NCBI GenBank assembly: GCA_963691875.1
Contig: OY829846.1
Coordinates: forward strand, 2,304,001-2,368,000
Length of the DNA: 64,000 nucleotides
Reading direction: 5' to 3'
DNA from: Aureliella sp.
GTDB lineage: Bacteria > Planctomycetota > Planctomycetia > Pirellulales > Pirellulaceae
Under the pieces are notes generated by a model, which was not told where the DNA came from, ran no database searches, and was given only the letters and a program-made list of their open reading frames with translations. Below are positions 41,121-50,679 of this stretch, in pieces. Each line of letters starts with the position of its first letter. Within the stretch, counting starts at the first letter, position 1. A program made the position numbers and the translations under genes.

Positions 41121-41753
41121 ATGACGACGTCATTGTTAGTGGCGGACGATCATCAGGTCGTACGCTTAGGTTTGAAGAATGTCCTCGAGGGATCGGGCAT
41201 TGAAGTCACTGCTGAGGCAACATCGGGCGATGAAGTTCTCCGCAAAGTGGAAGAGCAGAAGCCAGACTTGGTGCTTCTCGATGTTCGCATGCCAGGTGGA
41301 GATGGCTTGCACGTGCTTGGACGACTGAAACTGGACTACCCAGAGCTTCCGATCGTCCTCTTTTCTACTTACGACAATCCAACCTATGTTGCACGAGCAG
41401 TTGCGTTGGGGGCATCGGGCTATGTCCTAAAAAACGATAGCCGCGACCGGCTGATCGAGTCGCTACGAGCCGCTTTGCGAGGCGAATCTGCCTGGACCCG
41501 TGAGGAATTACGCCGCGTGACGGGTGCTCTGGCTACTCCTCGCGTTGTTTCTGACGTCGAGGTACCGCTTACTCAGCGAGAAAGCGAAGTTCTTCGTCAA
41601 CTGGCCAACGGCCTGACGAACAAGGAAATCGCTCTCGCCCTGGGGATCAGCTATGAAACCGTCAAGGAGCATGTCCAGCACATTCTGCGAAAAATCGGTG
41701 TTTCAGACCGAACTCAAGCTGCCGTCTGGGCGGTTCGGAAGGGGCTTGTCTAG
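41121..41753 (+). CDS. NarL/LuxR-family response regulator (orphan in this window)
   Basis: ADDH, LDVRMP, GYVLK and LTQRESEVL..TNKEIA..TVKEHV motifs. Confidence 0.95.
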   Translation: MTTSLLVADDHQVVRLGLKNVLEGSGIEVTAEATSGDEVLRKVEEQKPDLVLLDVRMPGGDGLHVLGRLKLDYPELPIVLFSTYDNPTYVARAVALGASGYVLKNDSRDRLIESLRAALRGESAWTREELRRVTGALATPRVVSDVEVPLTQRESEVLRQLANGLTNKEIALALGISYETVKEHVQHILRKIGVSDRTQAAVWAVRKGLV

Positions 41754-41784
41754 CTCCAAACGTTGTGCGCGGTCCGTTGAAACT

Positions 41785-41815
41785 AAAAGTCCCTGTTTTC
41801 GCGGGGGGCTTTTTA
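41785..41815 (+). terminator. Intrinsic terminator after the response regulator
   Basis: AAAAGTCCCTG-TTTTCGCG-GGGGGCTTTTT hairpin with U tract. Confidence 0.6.
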
Positions 41816-42041
41816 TACGGGGCTGTTAGCAGCACATTTCGCCCAGGCTGCAAATCTTTCAGCCTGCAGTCCTTCTGACGCCAGCTAATGGCCCCCTGTT
41901 TCAATGACCGCCCGCAGGACAAGGGTTTTTGGAGCTGATCTGAGGGCTTTCAGAAGTTGACTCCTAACAAAACCCCTTGCAATTTGGTAAGTTACGCCTT
42001 TTCGAGAAGTTGGCGGAAACGGCACAGAAAGTTGCACCTCA

Positions 42042-43427
42042 ATGGCGAATCCTTCGGATATCACCGTTCATGAAGTAAGCAATTCGACTCGTAATTTTGT
42101 CTATCGACAACCCATGAAATTTGGCGGGCGCGTGGTCGAAGACGTTTGCGTTCTCCGGACAGAAGTCACGGTGACGCGAGCTGCTACCAAGAAAAAAGTC
42201 AAAGGTATCGGCGAAATGACCATGGGCAATGCTTGGGCGTGGCCAAGCAAGATCCCTGGTAAAATCACTCTGCGACTGATGAATGAGTTGGCCAACCGGG
42301 TTGCCGCTCGAGCTCAAGAGGCTGATCTACAAGGCGACCCGCTTCAGATCAGCCATCGAATTAAAGACATTCGCAACGCGGTCGTCTCTGAAATGCAAGT
42401 TGAGTACAAGATTCAGGAGCCTATTCCTGAGTTGGCGGGCATGGTGGCAACCAGTCCACTCGACGCGGCAATTCACGATGCCTATGGCCGAGCTCTCGGC
42501 GCCAACAGCTTCCAGTGCATGACGGCGGATTACCTCAACGAGGATTTGAGTGCATATCTGGGTGATGAGTTCGTCGGCAAGTACCCCGGCGACTACCTCT
42601 CCGATGCACCCAAATCAACAATGCCACTGTATCACTTGGTTGGTGCCCTGGATCCACTAAGCAAAGATGACCAGCAAGAAGTTCTCAATGATGGATATCC
42701 AGAAACACTCGAAGAGTGGCTACATAAAGATGGTGTTACACACCTAAAAATCAAGCTAGCTGGCAACAACATTGACTGGGATGTAGGCCGCATTGTGGAA
42801 GTCACTCGAATCTGTGAACGTGTAGCTTCCGAGCGAAATTGGAAGTTATCTTTCGATTTTAATGAACAGTGCCCGAACGAAGATTACGTGCTCGATTTAC
42901 TCGAGCGAATAGAGCGACTCAGCAAGCCATCCTTTGATCGTCTGCAGTACATCGAACAGCCGACGCCGCGTGATCTGACTCAACGCACTGAAATGACGGT
43001 TCACCGGATTGCTCGCATTCGCCCGGTCGTCATCGACGAGTCGCTCACTGGAGCTGAGAGCCTCAAGCTGGCTCGTCAGCGGGGTTATACCGGCTTGGCG
43101 TTGAAAGCATGCAAGGGCCAAAGCGAGTCTTTAATCATGGGCTCAGCGGGGGCGGAATACAGCATGTTCACTTGTGTGCAAGATTTGACTTGCATCGGAG
43201 CATCCTTCTTGCATTCAGCGGCCGTCGCGGCGCGTTTTCCCAAGGTCGCTGCCATCGAAGGTAATGGTCGGCAGTATTGCCCGATCGGCAACGAAGCGTA
43301 CATGAAAGACTATGCTCCCATGTTCCGCGTGCGTTATGGAACTGTGCCTACGGAGCTTCTTGATGGGCCAGGACTTGGCTTCGACTGGAAGCCTCTCGGT
43401 GAGGACGATCCGCAATCCGAAGAATAG
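42042..43427 (+). CDS. Enolase-superfamily (mandelate racemase/MLE-like) protein
   Basis: LKIKL, DFNE, IEQP, IDES, ALKACK and GPGLG motifs. Confidence 0.85.
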   Translation: MANPSDITVHEVSNSTRNFVYRQPMKFGGRVVEDVCVLRTEVTVTRAATKKKVKGIGEMTMGNAWAWPSKIPGKITLRLMNELANRVAARAQEADLQGDPLQISHRIKDIRNAVVSEMQVEYKIQEPIPELAGMVATSPLDAAIHDAYGRALGANSFQCMTADYLNEDLSAYLGDEFVGKYPGDYLSDAPKSTMPLYHLVGALDPLSKDDQQEVLNDGYPETLEEWLHKDGVTHLKIKLAGNNIDWDVGRIVEVTRICERVASERNWKLSFDFNEQCPNEDYVLDLLERIERLSKPSFDRLQYIEQPTPRDLTQRTEMTVHRIARIRPVVIDESLTGAESLKLARQRGYTGLALKACKGQSESLIMGSAGAEYSMFTCVQDLTCIGASFLHSAAVAARFPKVAAIEGNGRQYCPIGNEAYMKDYAPMFRVRYGTVPTELLDGPGLGFDWKPLGEDDPQSEE

Positions 43428-44078
43428 TTTTCAATTCGTCGTGTTTTTTATCGGCTGTTAACGCGTGAAACGCTGTTACGCGTCCATCCAACACGACGGT
43501 TTTCCGAAGCCCAAGCCGATTTCATTCGCAAATCAGTGTCCGATCGATCACTCTTGCATTGTGCCATCGGCTTCAATCCTTCGAGTAAGTACATGCCTTC
43601 ATAGCCAGAGTCATCTTCGACAATCGAACAATCTATTTTGGCATATTCGAGCAATGCAATTGCACCACCGTCCCCGTCAATTGGGGCGTCACTCAGAACC
43701 GATGTTTGCATCTTTATCCATTTCAATGCGTTACTATCGGAAACGCATGAATGCCTAGAGGACTTCTTTCACTTTCCCTTTTTGGGAGCGTCGGAGAAGT
43801 TGTCCATGGTGACCCGAGGAACTAGCAGTTCGTTGCCAGAGAACCCGCCAGTTTGCCTTTGACGGTCGTATTGTAGCATTTGGGCAGAGGCGATCTCTGG
43901 TGATTTGCCCTTCACATGACTGCGGGATAAGTGCAGGGATTCGAAACGAGAAGCTGGGGCCGGACCACGAGCACGACGCTCAAGCGAGATCACAGGCTCA
44001 AGGCGCTTGATATGCACCCCGCGCTCGAAAATAATTGTAATTGTCAGTAAAAGTCGCTACTGGATCTCAGACCGCAAA

Positions 44079-46904
44079 ATGCGCTTCCTATCTCTTGCAC
44101 TTTCGCTCTATTTTCTGTGTTGGGGCACCTGGGCCCAACCATATCCCCACGCTGCGCAGACGAACGAGCTTTTCACAAAGTACTGCCTCGGTTGCCATGA
44201 AGGCCCCGATGCGGAGGGAAACCTGGATCTATCCGAATTGCTAGCCAGAGAACAATTCGATAACACACTCATTTTCGAAAACGTCGCGACTGAGAAAATG
44301 CCACCTGCCGAAGCGGATGCTCCTGCGCCAGCTGAGCGAGAAAAAATATTGAAGTGGCTGGCGAATCAACAACCTGCTTCTATCCCCCGGCCGTTCCGCA
44401 GAATTAGTCGCTATGAGTTTGTGCATAGCATCAATGATCTACTTGGCACAGAGCTTGATCTTGCGTTCGGAATCCCTGAAGACCGCGGCACCAACACGTT
44501 TGATTCCAATCGGCGTATTCAGCTGAGTCCCGATATGCTTGGCAGCTACTTTGCAGTCGCTGATGAGATGTTAGAGCATGCTTTGCCCCAAATGGGCTTT
44601 GTCAAAGAACAGACATGGGTGACAGACAAGCTCTTGGATAGTCACGAAACCTACAATATTTACTTGAAAGACTACAAAGAGGGAACGCTATTCTCTTGGA
44701 CTCGAGCGAACAACGGAAACAGCTATTCTTTCTTCTATGACAACTTTAACCCGCCGGCTGCGGGCTGGTACGAGCTTACGTTTGAGTCAGCTAAGGTTGG
44801 CGACCTAAACGGTGATGCCAGCCTTCAGGTTCACGCAGGCAAGTACTACTACGCCGACGATCGTCCTCAGCCTCAACGACTATTGGATGTGATCTCATTG
44901 GGCAGCGATGAACTTGAGTCACAGACGATTCGTGCTTTCTTGCGGCCAGGAGAAAATGTCTCGGTGCACTGCTTCCACAAGGATAACTTTCGGGAGAAGG
45001 CTCCGAAACGCGGCGTTTACATTCGACGGCTGACGGCACGCGGGCCGCTTCAAGACACATGGCCACCGCGAAGATACAAATCGTTATTCGGCGATTTACC
45101 ACTCTCGATCAAGCCACAAAATGCCGCTCAAGTCAGCAGCGAGACAGAGACAAACGCGTCTTCAACCCAAGCTTTGCGTTACCGCTCAAATCTGGAAAAG
45201 ATTGGCGGCTCGATTTCAGTGAGCAGTTTTCAACCAGGGATGGAAAAAGAGAATATGCTGGACGGGTCCAATCGGACCTTTTGGCACACGCGCTTCGAGC
45301 CGACTCTCGCGAAACCGCCGCATTTTATTGTCATTAAGAACCCGAATCGATTTGAGATCACGGGACTTTCCTATGCGACTTGGACTGGAGGTAACGGTAA
45401 TGGACAAGTAGAGAAGTTCGAGGTCTACACCTCCGAGAACGGGGTGGAATGGGGAACTCCTATTTGCACCGGAGAGCTAGAAACGCGCCTTGCGAACGAG
45501 CAGCCGATCTCCTTCCCGGAACCGATAGCAGCGAGGTTTATCAAGTTAGTTGCGACGGAGTCATTCAGTCTCGACGGTCGCTCTTTAGCTTCCATCGGCA
45601 AGTTGGATGTAATCGCTTCGATCGATGTGAATCTCACCAAGAAGCTTGTCGCGATTGAGTCAAGAAATTCAGAAGATTTGCGACAAGTCGTTAAGCGTTT
45701 CGCCGAGCGTGCGTTTTCATCCAACTTGACCGTGTCTGAGCTGCAGCCCTACTTTGATGTCGCGGAACGAGTGTTTCAAAGGGACGGGGATTTTATTGAA
45801 GCCGCCAAGGCTGGATTCAAAGCGGTGATGTGCTCGCACCGCTTTCTGTTGGCTCCAGGCGAGCATTCAAGTAGAGAGCTGGCAAAAAAAGCAGCACTCA
45901 TTCGCATACTTTGGCTGTCTGTTCCGGACGAGCAACTTATTGCGTCAGACCTGTCACTGCGTGGACAAATCGAGCTAGCGCTGGCTGATGAACGCTCGAA
46001 TCGGATGGTCCGGTCGCTCTGTGAGCAGTGGTTGAATTTAAGGGCTTGGAAGACCATAGCTCCATCGCTGAAGCTCTACCCGCTGTACGATGACTTGCTT
46101 GAACACTACTTGCCACTCGAGACCACTGCCTACTTGGCGTACCTTATTCGAGAGAATCGTCCTGCGGGTGAATTGATTGATTCCGACTATTCCTTCCTCA
46201 ATCAGCGACTGGCCGATCACTACGGAATCGAGGGTATCTTAGGACAACACCTGCGGAGAGTTCAATTCGAGATGGACACTCCGCGTGGCGGCCTGCTCAC
46301 GATGGGCAGTGTCATGAAAGTGACGACAGACGGTTTTCAGACTTCCCCCATTCTTCGTGGAGCTTGGATCTCCAAGAACATTTTAGGCACCCCCCTTTCT
46401 CCTCCCCCCGATTCCGTCCAAGCCATCGAACCCGAGATGTCCGCAGGGTCTACTTCTTTGCGTGAACAAATCGAATTGCACAAAGAGAGTCAGACTTGCA
46501 ATGCTTGCCACAAGAGTATTGACCCCTACGGCTTTGCACTTGAGAACTACGATGCAACGGGAAGATGGCGAAACAACTATCAGCAGAAATTGCCGCACAA
46601 GAATACTTTCAAATACCGGCCCCGAGGCTATTTCCGATTGGCGGGGGAAGTCGACTCGGCTGGAGTTGTCGGCGATCAAGAGTTCGCCGATATTCATGGA
46701 CTCAAGCGGCTACTGCTCACGAATGACCGCAAGGTCGCGTACAATTTCGCAAAGAAGTTTTTTGAGTACGCCAACGGCTACGAGCCTAGTCTGACGCAAC
46801 GAATAGGTTTGCTAGAGATGACATCCGGAGAGTGCCGGATGCGAGATATTGTCATCAATGTACTCGAGCATTCGCTGGAAAACTCGGCAGGTAGAGGTAG
46901 ATAG
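44079..46904 (+). CDS. DUF1592-family (PSD2-5) cytochrome-like protein with inserted F5/8 type C (CBM32-like) domain
   Basis: CLGCH, RRISRYEF, RFAERAF, RGGLLT, TSPILRGAW and CNACHKSIDPYGFALENYD; discoidin motif MLDG..TFWHT..ARFIKL. Confidence 0.88.
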   Translation: MRFLSLALSLYFLCWGTWAQPYPHAAQTNELFTKYCLGCHEGPDAEGNLDLSELLAREQFDNTLIFENVATEKMPPAEADAPAPAEREKILKWLANQQPASIPRPFRRISRYEFVHSINDLLGTELDLAFGIPEDRGTNTFDSNRRIQLSPDMLGSYFAVADEMLEHALPQMGFVKEQTWVTDKLLDSHETYNIYLKDYKEGTLFSWTRANNGNSYSFFYDNFNPPAAGWYELTFESAKVGDLNGDASLQVHAGKYYYADDRPQPQRLLDVISLGSDELESQTIRAFLRPGENVSVHCFHKDNFREKAPKRGVYIRRLTARGPLQDTWPPRRYKSLFGDLPLSIKPQNAAQVSSETETNASSTQALRYRSNLEKIGGSISVSSFQPGMEKENMLDGSNRTFWHTRFEPTLAKPPHFIVIKNPNRFEITGLSYATWTGGNGNGQVEKFEVYTSENGVEWGTPICTGELETRLANEQPISFPEPIAARFIKLVATESFSLDGRSLASIGKLDVIASIDVNLTKKLVAIESRNSEDLRQVVKRFAERAFSSNLTVSELQPYFDVAERVFQRDGDFIEAAKAGFKAVMCSHRFLLAPGEHSSRELAKKAALIRILWLSVPDEQLIASDLSLRGQIELALADERSNRMVRSLCEQWLNLRAWKTIAPSLKLYPLYDDLLEHYLPLETTAYLAYLIRENRPAGELIDSDYSFLNQRLADHYGIEGILGQHLRRVQFEMDTPRGGLLTMGSVMKVTTDGFQTSPILRGAWISKNILGTPLSPPPDSVQAIEPEMSAGSTSLREQIELHKESQTCNACHKSIDPYGFALENYDATGRWRNNYQQKLPHKNTFKYRPRGYFRLAGEVDSAGVVGDQEFADIHGLKRLLLTNDRKVAYNFAKKFFEYANGYEPSLTQRIGLLEMTSGECRMRDIVINVLEHSLENSAGRGR

Positions 46905-46911
46905 AGTCGCG

Positions 46912-48150
46912 ATGAGAAGAATAGATCGCAGGAATCTGCTGCATTTTGGGGCCGCCCTACCGCTGGCGTTGCATTCGCTAGCCAATCGTTCGGAAGCTAG
47001 GTCGAATTCAATCAAGGCGAAAAAGCGGATTATCTTCATCTGCAACTCGCTGGGATTCTACAGGCCAAACTTCTTCCCTACCGAACGCGGAAACCTTGAA
47101 TCTTCCAAGTACTTAAGTGGCCTTGCAAACCGAGAGAAGCTGACCGTCTTTCAAAACTTGTTTCATCCCGGAATGGAGACTAGCAATCACGACTCAGAGA
47201 AATCGTACCTTACAGGAGCGGCAAAACCGGAAGCTCCCAATTTTGCAAATACAATTTCCGTGGACCAAATACTAGCGAAACACATCGGCGGGGATACTCG
47301 CTTTCCCTTTCTGTCATTTAGTATCTACGATCGCGGCTGGGGCTGTTCCTGGAACGACCAAGGTGTGGCCATTCCTCCGATGCATGATACAAACCAGATT
47401 TTCAATAAGCTTTTCGGTGAAGAAGATCTAAGCGCGAAACGGCGTCAGATTCGAAACGATCAAAAAATTGTAGATTGCCTACATCACGACATGCGGCGGC
47501 TTGAAGACCATGGCACCCGTGAGGCTAAAGCAAAGATTGCGACCTACCGCAAAGTGATAGGCGAATTGGAAAAGCGGCTCGCTCACGAGGCATTTTGGCT
47601 AAAGACGCAAAAGCCTAACATCCCAAACACGCTTAGCAGAGATTCTGAGTTTGCGTTCTCGACGAAGGTCAGTAACCTTCTCCAACTCGCCAAGCTCGCT
47701 TTTCAAACGGATTCGACACGCATCATCACACTCTCGTTGGACTGGATTTATGGAGCCATCCAGGTTCCAGGCGCAACAGGAGGTTGGCATACACTTTCTC
47801 ATCACGGAGGGAGGCCCGAAGTGATCGATAAGTTGACGCGAATCGAAATGGACATCATCAAGCATTTAAATCAGTTTCTCATCACGCTTGCCGAAACTCC
47901 AGATGGCAATGGAACGCTACTCGACCATACGACCGTCGTTGTCGGTAGCAATTTTGGAGATTCCTCCAATCACACGTGCAACAATCTTCCCACATTCGTC
48001 GCCGGCGGCGGAATGCGGCATCATGCACATCGAGTTTTGGACAAGCCAACGCCGCTCTGTAACCTCTGGTTAGATCTCCTCCAATGTCACGATGTGGACA
48101 TTGGTAAGTTCGGCAGTAGTGACGAGAACTCAAAACTGTTCCCGGTCTAA
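46912..48150 (+). CDS. DUF1552 protein (Tat-exported)
   Basis: DRRNLL, ISVDQ..A..IG.DTRF, LAFQTDSTR, HTLSHHG and GSNFGD..H...NLP. Confidence 0.9.
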   Translation: MRRIDRRNLLHFGAALPLALHSLANRSEARSNSIKAKKRIIFICNSLGFYRPNFFPTERGNLESSKYLSGLANREKLTVFQNLFHPGMETSNHDSEKSYLTGAAKPEAPNFANTISVDQILAKHIGGDTRFPFLSFSIYDRGWGCSWNDQGVAIPPMHDTNQIFNKLFGEEDLSAKRRQIRNDQKIVDCLHHDMRRLEDHGTREAKAKIATYRKVIGELEKRLAHEAFWLKTQKPNIPNTLSRDSEFAFSTKVSNLLQLAKLAFQTDSTRIITLSLDWIYGAIQVPGATGGWHTLSHHGGRPEVIDKLTRIEMDIIKHLNQFLITLAETPDGNGTLLDHTTVVVGSNFGDSSNHTCNNLPTFVAGGGMRHHAHRVLDKPTPLCNLWLDLLQCHDVDIGKFGSSDENSKLFPV

Positions 48151-48478
48151 CATTGTCTTCATTAGCTCCTCCGAAAGCACCAACATGTTGCTTCGGGGAA
48201 GGCGGCATTCCGTGGACTGTCTGATGACAGGCATACAAGCCTATGCCGGTGGGTTGGTTTGCAGGGGATGTTGTTATAGCAAGCCGTATTGCAGAGCGGC
48301 GTCGGACTTTCGTCAGCAGACGGAATGCGTCGCAGACATTCCGCATCAATGCACCGGCGGCTAGCTCCCAAGCCGCCTTGTACCGTTGTCCTGCAATTGT
48401 TCAACAAATCCTGATGACGACAAATCTTTGATCTGTTAAGATTGGAGTACTGTTCTTTAGTCTTTCTAGGCGGCGAAA

Positions 48479-49069
48479 ATGACAAGATGTTTCTTACTGC
48501 TGGCACTGGTTCTCAGCTTTGCAGGTTGCGGAGAGCGAGAACAGTCACAGAATATAGCACAAGGTGAGACCAGTTTAGCCAACGCCCCTAGCTCTACGGA
48601 ACCGGCGGCGGATGAGCCAGCAAGTCAAGAAAAACTGGATGCGAGAGCGGTCTTGTTGGCCGCAACCGTGAAGGCTAAAGACGAAGACAAACGTGTTCTT
48701 GTTCACCTTGGTGCCCCCTGGTGAGGCTGGTGCGGAAGACTCGAGAAGTTTCTCGAACAGAATGAAGAATTTTTTGCAGCCGAATTCGTCATGCTGAAGA
48801 TTGACGTTGATGAAATGACGAATGGTCAAGCTGTCGCCACCGAACTTGGCGGTGGAGGTGAAGGTTTGCCCTGGATGACAATCCTCGACTCGACTGGGAA
48901 AGAGCTTGTCAATTCAGTCGGCCCGACAGGCAATATTGGCTGCCCAGTCGGTGACGAAGAACGAGCGCACTTTTTGGCGATGCTTGGCAAGACGATACAG
49001 CGTGCTACGCCGGAGGAGTTGAAGCAAATCGAAGCCAACTTGGCAGCGTACGCTAACAAACTTCGATAG
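48479..49069 (+). CDS. Thioredoxin-fold lipoprotein with in-frame UGA (WUGWC): candidate selenoprotein, 196 aa
   Basis: Two ORFs in the same frame are separated by a single TGA (48722-48724) at the first Cys position of the CxxC; lipobox FAGC; cis-Pro GLPW motif downstream. Confidence 0.8.
48741..48756 (+). promoter_or_regulatory. Putative bacterial SECIS hairpin
   Basis: TCGAGA-AGTT-TCTCGA perfect 6-bp stem; the loop starts 22 nt after the UGA and has G then U at loop positions 2-3. Confidence 0.6.
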
Positions 49070-49583
49070 TAACTGGCTCCAATTCCTACCACAAGCTAGG
49101 AATGCGGTCCTAGAACTTGCTGTGTCTGCTTCACGGACCGTTCGCAAGGCAAAGCTATTTCAGTGAGGCCTTTGATTGCACTTGAGTGTAACGGCGACGG
49201 TCGATTTTCCGGTAGCTGCCTCAGCCTCAATCGCGGTACAGAGTAAAGCCTAGATGATACCTGCATCGCGCAATAGTCTTGGGTGAATTTGAAAGCAGGC
49301 CGTTCAGCGACTTGCTCGCTTACTTCTTGATAGCGACTGGTCAATAAGTTTGCATCAACATCAGGAATCGCCAAAACTAGAGTAGCAATACCACTTTTCG
49401 AAACGATCGTCTGAAGATTCAAGCCCCCTCACTCGATGCAACACGATGTACTTTTAGCGTGACGCTTTGAACCCAAAATGAGCGATCTTGGGGACGTCCC
49501 ATTTCTTGTTGAGACGTCCGGCGAGCCTACTTGCTAGCAACTCAATAGTGCTTTGGCTTATTCGCAATTGATTGCAATCATTT

Positions 49584-50141
49584 TCAATTCGGGACTTTAT
49601 TGCTCAGTCGCTTCCATACCCTCTGAGCGTAAACTTTGTCTTTCCCCGATTCTTGGTCCGTGTAACGCATGCCTTCCGGTGTGACTTCCCAAACCTGTTT
49701 CCCTGACTCTGAAGTCATTACCATGCTATCCCCTTCAAAACGGATATCATAAACCCGTTCGCCTTCGAAAGGCCCGCCCTGTTGCAAGGTAGATTGCGAT
49801 GCGTCGCCTTTTATGGTGGTGAATTCAGGATAGGTGTAATGAAATTTCCCGTCTTTGAAATAGCCATACCCCCATCCGACCAGAGAGGTCATTTGTTTTG
49901 AGTCGACTCGGTTGTGGATGATACACATCGTCTTGCCATCGACGAATGCCCATCTTCCACTGATCGCTGGCGGCTTATGCACATCGCTTCCATCGTTCCA
50001 AGAAACTGTTTCGTAAATCCCGCTCATTAGTAGGAACGCTTTTCGATCCAGTTTCCTTTTACCTTTTTTTGCGTCGGTATCTTGAGCGGGGCTTATGGAA
50101 GCCAAGTTAAAAATAATCAAAGCGATGAGTAGGAGTCGCAT
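49584..50141 (-). CDS. Secreted hypothetical protein (possibly lipocalin-like beta-barrel)
   Basis: Signal peptide, strong RBS (GGGAGG), beta-rich sequence with G.Y..VSW start and RVWKR end. Confidence 0.75.
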   Translation of the reverse strand: MRLLLIALIIFNLASISPAQDTDAKKGKRKLDRKAFLLMSGIYETVSWNDGSDVHKPPAISGRWAFVDGKTMCIIHNRVDSKQMTSLVGWGYGYFKDGKFHYTYPEFTTIKGDASQSTLQQGGPFEGERVYDIRFEGDSMVMTSESGKQVWEVTPEGMRYTDQESGKDKVYAQRVWKRLSNKVPN

Positions 50142-50679
50142 CAGATTCCTCCCTAGGAGCGTGGTTACCAGTTCGACAATGTTTCGTTTCGCAGGCGTAA
50201 GAACATACCAACTTCCAGCGGCAATTTATATCACCACTGTGCGGGCGAGTGCAGCATACATTGACGGGCCTACGGACGTCTTTTTCATTTTAACACATTT
50301 GCCTCACCCCATGCTCAATCGCTATTGTCGGATTCGATATTTGCTAGTTTGATCAGTCAAGTTCCCTAGAATCCCTCTTGGCCAGAAGCACAGCTTCAGA
50401 CCTTGTCTCTAAGATGCACCGCCATCTCGATCCAAACGATTCCTTGCCTCTTTTAGGCGGCCAGCGTGAACTAGAGAAAGGTACGCAATAGGAGCTTTTG
50501 CGTAAACTTTTAGCGAAGAAATCTGGCGATGCAGGCGGGGATATCCCATTTATTGTTGAAATGTCTGATGATCCTACTTGATAGAAACTTACAGATGCTT
50601 TGGCTCACCATCAGTTGATCACCGTCATTTTCGATCGCCAAGGCGATTGAAAATTTCGGGGAAGGCGATCAGGTGATGA

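Noticed and set aside
43448..43726. 92-aa minus-strand ORF, and similarly 49096-49422
   Set aside because: Non-ATG starts, no recognisable motif or RBS; cannot be supported as genes.
48270..48390. Possible AraC/GlxA C-terminal relic (IAER/VGLSSADGMRR/TFR...YR)
   Set aside because: Needs two frameshifts in about 35 codons; too weak to call without a search.
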